Assembly (NCBI GenBank): GCA_947258425.1
Contig: CAMYIG010000001.1
Coordinates: 866-64,865, forward strand
Length of the DNA: 64,000 nucleotides
Source: an uncultured Gammaproteobacteria bacterium
GTDB lineage: Bacteria > Pseudomonadota > Gammaproteobacteria > SZUA-140
Reading direction: 5' to 3'
Below the pieces are notes generated by a model. It did no database searches. It had not been told where the DNA came from and worked only from the letters and a program-made list of their open reading frames with translations. The position numbers and the translations under genes are program-made. This document shows positions 57,340 through 64,000 of this stretch, in pieces; the first letter of the stretch is position 1; every line of letters starts with the position of its first letter.

Positions 57340-58929
57340 CTAGTTATCACGTCGCGTATATTCTGCATTTAACTGTCCATTCAGCTCATCAAGCCGCACA
57401 CTTATATGCGGCATCATCTGCCTATAAAACAGCGCCAACTCCCTCCGAGCAGAATCAGCACCCTGATCGCTATCTATAGATATTGAAACCACCATTGCAC
57501 TTCTATTTGAAATGATCGCGCCCCAGATATCCAGTAGCTTGGCGGTGATTTGACTGGTCGTAGATATCCCCGCGACATTGTACCAATACCAGATTACTTT
57601 TTCTTTCGATGAGCGAAACTCAACTTCAACCACCTGTTGACTTTCAAAATCGCTGACTAAAATATGTCGCACACCACCTGGTACAACAACCTCATTGGCG
57701 CCCGTAAAAAAACCATTTTCTGAATTGATTAACTCCGCCCCCTGTCGTTGATGCGCATAGTATGCAACATACAACATGACTGACTCATCGCCCTTGTGAT
57801 ATTTTGCGGCGAGTACTTTGTCCGCGCCATGAAATAAGGGGCGCCAGCCATCATCAATATACTCAGGACCAATCCATTTTTCAGCCCCTTTAGGAAACAC
57901 TAAATCGACAGAAGAAAATGTATTAGGCAACGACAGGGCTTGTGACTCTACATTCTTTATCACTACAAAAAAAATAATTAACCCCGTTAGCACGCCGCCA
58001 TATAAATATTGCTTACGCAGGGGTAATACTTCATCTCTAACATTTCTCGGCTTAAATTTAGTTTCACTAATAATGCCTGTCTTTTGTTTTTCTTTAGGCA
58101 TCAGTATCCATAATAAAGGATACATCAACCCTGCGTATAACGCCCACCCAAGGCCTTCATGATCCTCGACCATCCAGTGTTGCATATCGGTCAGGTGTCC
58201 AATCCAGATGATGATCAACACCCGCAACCAGTTTAATGCAATCGACCAAAAAACGATGATCGAAAACACCATCAAACGTTTACGATTACCCTCGAAAAAA
58301 ACATATACGTAAAGAGAACCTAATGCCATAGATGCGAGTAAGAACCTAAGCCCGCCACATACCTCTTCGATTAAAAATCGTCCTTCAGGTATTGTCAGAT
58401 AGTACCCCTCCATTAGCGTTGGAATACCCTGAAACTGCAGTACTTTATATGCAACCACTGCCGTCATATCCTGCAGTATAGACGCGACTGGGTCCCATAT
58501 AGGTGTTGCGAAAATAAGATAGCTCAGCGGAAAGAAAAGCACGCGGCCAGTTTGATTTCCAAAAACAGCCCATATCAGCGCAGGAAACATCATGATAAAA
58601 CTTACATATTCTACCGTCATCACGCCAACAAGCCTTGAAACCAACCAGAGTAGCGATAACGCTATTAACACACTCAAGCCAAGCTTCGATGGTACAGGCA
58701 CGATATCACCAAGCAGCATCCTACGCTGCCAAATCAAATACGCGCTTACTATGACCACAAGAAAACCGTAGCTGTATTGGCTGGACTCCCACCAAAAAGT
58801 AACGACCGAAGCAGCAGTATCGGAAAATAATGTCGCTAATACTAATATTAAAACAACACTGGAAACTAGCGGGACAGTCCATAGTGAGTGGCCAGACTCA
58901 ACTCCCCCTCTAGCCCCCGTTTTATCCAT
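57340..58929 (-). CDS. xrtA: Exosortase A with fused C-terminal EpsI-family domain
   Basis: Polytopic core with the exosortase catalytic-type residues: Cys191 in EEVCGGLRFL (codon 58357-58359), Arg236 in LNWLRVL, His257 in EDHEGLGW. After an extra TM, a periplasmic domain (about 57343-58032) with VMLYVAYYAHQRQGAELINSEN typical of EpsI. Confidence 0.88.
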   Translation of the reverse strand: MDKTGARGGVESGHSLWTVPLVSSVVLILVLATLFSDTAASVVTFWWESSQYSYGFLVVIVSAYLIWQRRMLLGDIVPVPSKLGLSVLIALSLLWLVSRLVGVMTVEYVSFIMMFPALIWAVFGNQTGRVLFFPLSYLIFATPIWDPVASILQDMTAVVAYKVLQFQGIPTLMEGYYLTIPEGRFLIEEVCGGLRFLLASMALGSLYVYVFFEGNRKRLMVFSIIVFWSIALNWLRVLIIIWIGHLTDMQHWMVEDHEGLGWALYAGLMYPLLWILMPKEKQKTGIISETKFKPRNVRDEVLPLRKQYLYGGVLTGLIIFFVVIKNVESQALSLPNTFSSVDLVFPKGAEKWIGPEYIDDGWRPLFHGADKVLAAKYHKGDESVMLYVAYYAHQRQGAELINSENGFFTGANEVVVPGGVRHILVSDFESQQVVEVEFRSSKEKVIWYWYNVAGISTTSQITAKLLDIWGAIISNRSAMVVSISIDSDQGADSARRELALFYRQMMPHISVRLDELNGQLNAEYTRRDN

Positions 58930-58938
58930 AAAAACTGC

Positions 58939-60312
58939 TCACTTTAATCCGTGTCTTTCTAATAAGGTGTACAGCGTCGGACGACTCACACCAAGCAACT
59001 CCGCCATCTGAGAGATATTATTACCACACACCCCCATCGCTCTACGAAGTGCCTGTAGTTCTGCTGCATGTTTAATCTCACGTAAGTTAAGCTGGATATC
59101 AGCATCAGCCGTTATCGATTCTAAATCAAGATCTTCGGCAGTAATGTGACTTTCATCTGCCATGATCACCGCCCGCTTAACACGATTTTCTACTTCTCTA
59201 ACATTACCCGGCCATAGGTGAGCTTCTATCTCAACCAGCGCATCTCTGGAAAACCCTTTTATATTCTTATTGTTCTCTCGATTAAAACGCTCCAGAAAGG
59301 TTCTAGCGAGCAATAGCGCATCATCTGATCGCTCACAAAGCGGTGGGATTTTGATTGTCATTTCGCTAATCCGATAATATAAATCTTCTCTAAACCGTCC
59401 ATCACTCACCTGGCCTTCCAGATTCTGGTGTGTTGCACAGACAACTCGCACATCGACAGGAATTTCATCTCGTCCCCCAATGCGCTCAATCACTCTTTCT
59501 TGTAAAAAACGTAATAATTTTGCTTGCAGCGGCTGACCAAGATCACCTATCTCATCAAGAAAAAGCGTACCGCCGTGTGCACACTCAATCTTGCCCAGCG
59601 TCTGCTTAGCCGCCCCGGTAAAAGCACCTTTCTCATAACCAAAAAGCTCACTTTCTAAAAGATTCTCTGGAATCGCAGCACAATTTATTGCAACAAAACG
59701 CTTGCTGGCGCGATCACTCATATCGTGTAATGCACGCGCAAGCAACTCCTTTCCTGTGCCGCTATCACCAAGTAGTAATGTAGTGATATCTGTCGGCGCA
59801 ACCTTTTCGATCGTCTTACAGATTTTCTGCATAACATCACTTGCGAAAACGATCCCGCCAAATGTAGTTTCAAAACCCTGCTTTAATAACATCTTATTTT
59901 GCAGTTCAAGCGCCCTAAGGTAAGCTGCGCGATCAACGACAAACTTCAATGTATCCGGTTTCACCGGTTTCTGATAAAAATCATACGCACCGAGACCAAT
60001 GGCTCTCATTGCATTTTTATCATCATCATTACCTGTCACAACAATTACTTTTGCACTCGCATCATGCTCAATGATCTCAGTCAGCGCAGCAAGCCCTTCA
60101 CTTGCATTTTCTGGGTCAGGCGGTAAACCCAAATCAAGCGTGATCACATCTGGACAATGTTCAGTTAACTGTTTGATGCCTTCCGCACGATCAGCGGCAA
60201 CGATCACTTCATAGCCATCAAAACACCAACGCATCTGACTCTGCAAACCAGGGTCGTCTTCAATCACTAACACCTTTTTCAAAGCCTGCTTCGATACTGC
60301 CACAGTAGTCAC
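58939..60312 (-). CDS. prsR: Sigma-54-dependent response regulator (NtrC family), PEP-CTERM-box regulator
   Basis: Receiver domain (VLVIEDD...DVITLDLGLPP), AAA+ sigma-54 interaction domain (GDSGTGKE, GAFTGA, ESELFGYEKGAFTGA, RFREDLYYR) and a C-terminal Fis-type HTH. Confidence 0.88.
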   Translation of the reverse strand: MTTVAVSKQALKKVLVIEDDPGLQSQMRWCFDGYEVIVAADRAEGIKQLTEHCPDVITLDLGLPPDPENASEGLAALTEIIEHDASAKVIVVTGNDDDKNAMRAIGLGAYDFYQKPVKPDTLKFVVDRAAYLRALELQNKMLLKQGFETTFGGIVFASDVMQKICKTIEKVAPTDITTLLLGDSGTGKELLARALHDMSDRASKRFVAINCAAIPENLLESELFGYEKGAFTGAAKQTLGKIECAHGGTLFLDEIGDLGQPLQAKLLRFLQERVIERIGGRDEIPVDVRVVCATHQNLEGQVSDGRFREDLYYRISEMTIKIPPLCERSDDALLLARTFLERFNRENNKNIKGFSRDALVEIEAHLWPGNVREVENRVKRAVIMADESHITAEDLDLESITADADIQLNLREIKHAAELQALRRAMGVCGNNISQMAELLGVSRPTLYTLLERHGLK

Positions 60313-60315
60313 CTT

Positions 60316-62400
60316 TTATTTAGTTTGCTCATTATAACGAGGTATCTTGATAAAAAACCTCGTCCCACGCTGAAGTTGACTATCGACGGCTATGGTTCCA
60401 TCCAGACCACTAATAAACTCTCGGGCCTCATAAACACCTATTCCCATTCCAGCATTTCCCTTAGTTGTGTCAAACGGACGAAAGAGGCGTTCACGTATAA
60501 ACACTTCATCCATACCACTGCCACTATCTTCTATCGTAATATTAGCCCAATCGTTACTTGACGCTAATCGAATTTCTACACTACCGTTTTCGTCTGTGGC
60601 TTCTTGCGCATTTTGTACCAGATGTTCAATCACAGACAGCATTCTGTCATATTCAGCTAAAATTAAAATCTCATCGTCGCATCCAACCACCCTCGGAACA
60701 GGCTGAGTGACTGACCTGTTCTCAACCGCACTTTTTAATAATGAACCCAACCTCACTACAGCTTTACCACTTGAAAAGGTACTTTCGCCCTTTAACTGCG
60801 ATAGCATTCGATTCATTTTTCCTACCGAATTATTAACAGTCCCAAGTGCGTCATCAATAAATTCTGGCTTATTCTTGAACTTTTTTGCGTTCTCGACCAC
60901 CAATGACAGCTGACCAACCACATTTTTAAGGTCATGCACAACATAAGCGGACAAACGATTAAAGGCCTCAAACTGACGTGCGTCTAATAACGCCTGATTT
61001 GCTTCGAGTAATGCTAGGTAACTGGCAAGTTCGCGCCCCGCGATCCTTAACAGATCGATATCTTCCCAGTTGAAATGGTCTCCACCACGTGATTTAGCCA
61101 ACACAACAAAACCGAAAATCTCTGTTTTTTTCATTAGTGGAACAATAAGCCAGACATCCTGTAGTTCACTTAGCCATGCGGGTAACTTAAGACCGCGATA
61201 TAAACTTGTGTCAATCTTATACTCATTCAAGTTCACTACCCATTGCCATTTTTCCATAAACATCACCAGTGAGCTATTTCTATCCTCTATTGCATGCTCA
61301 GGGAGCCCCATATCCCAGCCACTTACGGGCTTATACCCTTTATCATGTTCACTATATAACCATAGTCCCCCACCCGAACTTTCCACGATATCTGCAATCG
61401 CTTTAATTGCGCGCACACGCAACTGTTCGTCTGTCCCCCCCATAGAAAGCGCTCGAATAAATGTTATCCACTGTTCACGGTAATCGTATTTATATGCAAA
61501 GAAATTCTTCGCCAAGTAGACCTTTAGGTATGCACGTATTTGCCCAGAAAACATTAATACAAGCAATAAAATCAGAGCGCCCATAACAAAAACGACCTGA
61601 ATAACCCCGCCCCAGTCACCCCCAAAAAACTGTATGTAATAGCCAGCTACCGCCATTATCAGCAAGTATATACCGGCACTTATTATCGACACTGTATGAA
61701 AAACAACTCGATGTGATACCGCCTCATTGATCGCCCAATTACGATTTCGCTGCATTGAGATTGCAATCAAAGGCATAGCAAGTGCGCTTACAACTCCTCG
61801 CGCATTCCAGAAATCAGGATTAATAGACCCAAAGAGCAATGCCTCTGAATAGAGAAACAGGTCGTATACAAACATACTGCCGACCCCCAAACATAGAAAC
61901 TTATATACCCATCGTTCATCTGCCCAAATATTTCGAGCCAGCTGTTCTACCAGGACCAGCCCCGCTACCGCTAAAATGACATGTCCAAATAAAGCGGAAT
62001 ACCCCCCCATAAAACTTAAAGGCATAGCACCTACGACCGCGAGATATAAATACCTAAAGAAAAGAGCAAGCGCACAAACACCACATATCAGGGCAAGTAC
62101 AATTAGTTTCAGATTGAAACCCTTACCTCGCTCATCAGAGTTCCGTACCAACTGCACCAACCAGAAGAAGAGCGTTAGCCATGCCACATTTTTGGCAATC
62201 TCGAGCAAAGGGAAAACTGAGGATATAGCTGCGAATGCAGCCTGATATGCGCCAGCCGCCGACCACAAAGTAGTGACGCCTAGTGTTATCGCAAGAATAA
62301 TGCCGCCTGAGCGTTGACGCCAGCCGAACAACGAAATAATTGTTAACAGCAGGAATAACGCCGCCGAAATAGAGTAACTTGCTGCGCCTACATTCAACAT
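60316..62400 (-). CDS. prsK: XrtA/PEP-CTERM system sensor histidine kinase
   Basis: About 10 N-terminal TM segments, a central GAF-like region, the H-box AYVVHDLKN, and the HATPase N/G boxes (LVQNAQEAT, EDSGSGMD, GMGIGVYE). Adjacent to prsR with a 3 nt gap. Confidence 0.85.
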   Translation of the reverse strand: MLNVGAASYSISAALFLLLTIISLFGWRQRSGGIILAITLGVTTLWSAAGAYQAAFAAISSVFPLLEIAKNVAWLTLFFWLVQLVRNSDERGKGFNLKLIVLALICGVCALALFFRYLYLAVVGAMPLSFMGGYSALFGHVILAVAGLVLVEQLARNIWADERWVYKFLCLGVGSMFVYDLFLYSEALLFGSINPDFWNARGVVSALAMPLIAISMQRNRNWAINEAVSHRVVFHTVSIISAGIYLLIMAVAGYYIQFFGGDWGGVIQVVFVMGALILLLVLMFSGQIRAYLKVYLAKNFFAYKYDYREQWITFIRALSMGGTDEQLRVRAIKAIADIVESSGGGLWLYSEHDKGYKPVSGWDMGLPEHAIEDRNSSLVMFMEKWQWVVNLNEYKIDTSLYRGLKLPAWLSELQDVWLIVPLMKKTEIFGFVVLAKSRGGDHFNWEDIDLLRIAGRELASYLALLEANQALLDARQFEAFNRLSAYVVHDLKNVVGQLSLVVENAKKFKNKPEFIDDALGTVNNSVGKMNRMLSQLKGESTFSSGKAVVRLGSLLKSAVENRSVTQPVPRVVGCDDEILILAEYDRMLSVIEHLVQNAQEATDENGSVEIRLASSNDWANITIEDSGSGMDEVFIRERLFRPFDTTKGNAGMGIGVYEAREFISGLDGTIAVDSQLQRGTRFFIKIPRYNEQTK

Positions 62401-62535
62401 TCAATTATCATCGGCGATGAGAAAACCCTAAAATGGCAAAATATTATAAATTATGAACATCAAAATATAGCGCACTTACACGCAGTCCGTGACATTCCAG
62501 ACAGGACTCGCCTCATCAGTGAAACCAGTTAACGA

Positions 62536-63927
62536 CTACCTGCCACCTTTACCCCACAAAACTGCACCTGCCGTTTGAAACAGAATGACAAGATCGAGAA
62601 AGACGCTGTAATTTTTCACATAATAAAGATCAAACTGTAATTTTTCACGTGAATCTTTTTCAGAGTCGCCATAGGGATAACATATCTGCGCCCACCCCGT
62701 AATACCCGGTTTCAAACGATGGCGTTCTGAGTAATATGGAATATTTTCAGATAACTTCTCAACAAACTCTGGTCGCTCTGGGCGCGGCCCGACAAAACTC
62801 ATATCGCCCTTCAATACATTTACTATCTGCGGAAGCTCATCGATGCGAAGCTTTCTTATCAGGGTACCCACTCGCGTCACTCGACTATCATTCTTTGTTG
62901 CCCACTGAGCCTTACCATCGCCTTCTGCATCTACTCGCATGCTGCGAAATTTTAACACCTGAAAAAGTTTCCAGTTTTCACCAACCCGTACCTGCTTATA
63001 GAGAACAGGCCCACGGTCTTCCAGATAAATAGCAATCACTGTAATAACAATAGCAGGGGACGAGATCAGCAATAAAAGCAGACTGGCCCCAACATCAAAA
63101 ATTCGCTTTATATAGACCCTTAAAATGCCATATTTGAAGCCATCAGAGAAAATAAGCCAACTCGGATTCAAGATGTCCAACATAATCTTACCCGTTTGCC
63201 GCTCAAAAAAACTGAGGAGATCCAGCACCTCCACGCCACTCATACGACAATCGACAATCTCGTGCATCGGGAAATTTTTCCGCCGGTCATCAATCGCCAC
63301 AATGATTTCATCAACCTGATATTGCTGTGCAAGCTCCAACAAGGTCATATCATGCGGCACTATCTTCTCATCCACAACGCTACGTTCCCCAGGAAACCTA
63401 ACGTAGCCTACGATCGTAAACCCACGCTGATCTGTTTTACGACGAAGTAAACTGTTGATTGCGGTCGCACGCTTACCTGTGCCCAGCACCAGTATCCGCT
63501 TATTCATTGCCTCCTTATCAACCAGCTTATAAAACACCAGCCGAACGATAACCACGCCAACTAAAGCGACCAGAAATGAAATGGCAAACTCACCTCGCCC
63601 TAAAATTAACGTGGGAAAAATATAGAAAAAGATACTAATTAATACAAAGCCGAAGAGCAGACCACCCATCACTCTCATCAACATACCGCCAAAACCATCT
63701 CTGAGATTACGCTGATAAAGCCCCATGACGGTCATGGAGCTCAGCATCACAAAGGTATATTGTGCTGCCTTAAGAAAAAAGACCCCGCCACCAACACTAA
63801 CGTGTTCTTCATCGATAAAACGTATCGTGGCACCAATATAGACTGATGCCAGCAGAATACAGGCCTCAAGCAACCCCAACATCAAAAATGAAACAGGAAT
63901 ATAGTGCCGAAAAATTCTTACCATCAT
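62536..63927 (-). CDS. Polyprenyl-phosphate sugar phosphotransferase (EpsB/WcaJ-type priming transferase, PEP-CTERM-associated type)
   Basis: N-terminus MVRIFRHYIPVSFLMLGLLEA and four TM segments. C-terminal bacterial sugar transferase domain: KRIFDVGASLLLL, RVGENWKLFQVLKFRSM, DELPQIVNVLKGDMSFVGPRPERPEF, KPGITGWAQ. Confidence 0.88.
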   Translation of the reverse strand: MMVRIFRHYIPVSFLMLGLLEACILLASVYIGATIRFIDEEHVSVGGGVFFLKAAQYTFVMLSSMTVMGLYQRNLRDGFGGMLMRVMGGLLFGFVLISIFFYIFPTLILGRGEFAISFLVALVGVVIVRLVFYKLVDKEAMNKRILVLGTGKRATAINSLLRRKTDQRGFTIVGYVRFPGERSVVDEKIVPHDMTLLELAQQYQVDEIIVAIDDRRKNFPMHEIVDCRMSGVEVLDLLSFFERQTGKIMLDILNPSWLIFSDGFKYGILRVYIKRIFDVGASLLLLLISSPAIVITVIAIYLEDRGPVLYKQVRVGENWKLFQVLKFRSMRVDAEGDGKAQWATKNDSRVTRVGTLIRKLRIDELPQIVNVLKGDMSFVGPRPERPEFVEKLSENIPYYSERHRLKPGITGWAQICYPYGDSEKDSREKLQFDLYYVKNYSVFLDLVILFQTAGAVLWGKGGR

Positions 63928-64000
63928 ATTTTTATTACCTTAATCGGATTAATCACATATCGGACATTTACGTAAAATGCTTTACGATTAAATCATCACG

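Noticed and set aside
1-64000. Search for rRNA, tRNA, CRISPR arrays, IS elements, integrases, and toxin-antitoxin or phage-defence genes
   Set aside because: No intergenic region showed tRNA-like T-arm sequences, short direct repeat arrays or terminal inverted repeats. No ORF showed transposase, integrase or defence-system motifs.

Overview
The window reads as proteobacterial chromosome (taxon not determinable) and falls into three zones.

**(1) About 1-8.2 kb: GC-richer housekeeping genes.** These are a partial hydantoinase B/oxoprolinase, Fe-superoxide dismutase, a NUDIX hydrolase, a cNMP-binding/rhodanese protein, argD-argF, an ABC ATPase and a dihaem cytochrome c4.

**(2) About 8.3-28.6 kb: NRPS region.** It opens with an ExeA-like AAA ATPase, a PQQ-type sugar dehydrogenase and a PPTase. 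A roughly 17 kb minus-strand operon follows:
- methyltransferase
- NRPS1: A-T-C-A(with embedded luciferase-like monooxygenase)-T
- NRPS2: Cy-A-T-Ox
- NRPS3: C-A-T, with no release domain
- two alpha/beta-fold proteins with non-serine nucleophile elbows
- a small membrane-anchored protein

Hand-extracted A-domain codes suggest Thr, Gly, Cys-like, Gly.

**(3) About 29-64 kb: an AT-richer exosortase A (XrtA)/PEP-CTERM exopolysaccharide locus.**
- Plus strand: a FemAB/CelD-like acyltransferase, a tandem-95-repeat lipoprotein and a secreted beta-helix protein.
- A roughly 19 kb minus-strand operon: export protein, chain-length determinant, tyrosine-kinase-like ATPase, OM beta-barrel, three clear CE4 deacetylases, a kinase-like protein, flippase, O-antigen-ligase-like protein, four GT4 glycosyltransferases and wecB.
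- One PEP-CTERM substrate gene behind a near-consensus sigma-54 promoter.
- prsT-xrtA(EpsI fusion)-prsR-prsK and an EpsB-type priming sugar transferase.

No rRNA, tRNA, CRISPR array, transposase or integrase was recognised.

The most unusual signal is that a thiazole-forming, release-domain-less NRPS line sits inside the PEP-CTERM/exosortase locus, with a mid-line Gly-A/monooxygenase module. It lies next to the kind of paired alpha/beta hydrolases that normally accompany XrtA systems. All family assignments come from reading motifs in the supplied translations; no database search was possible.
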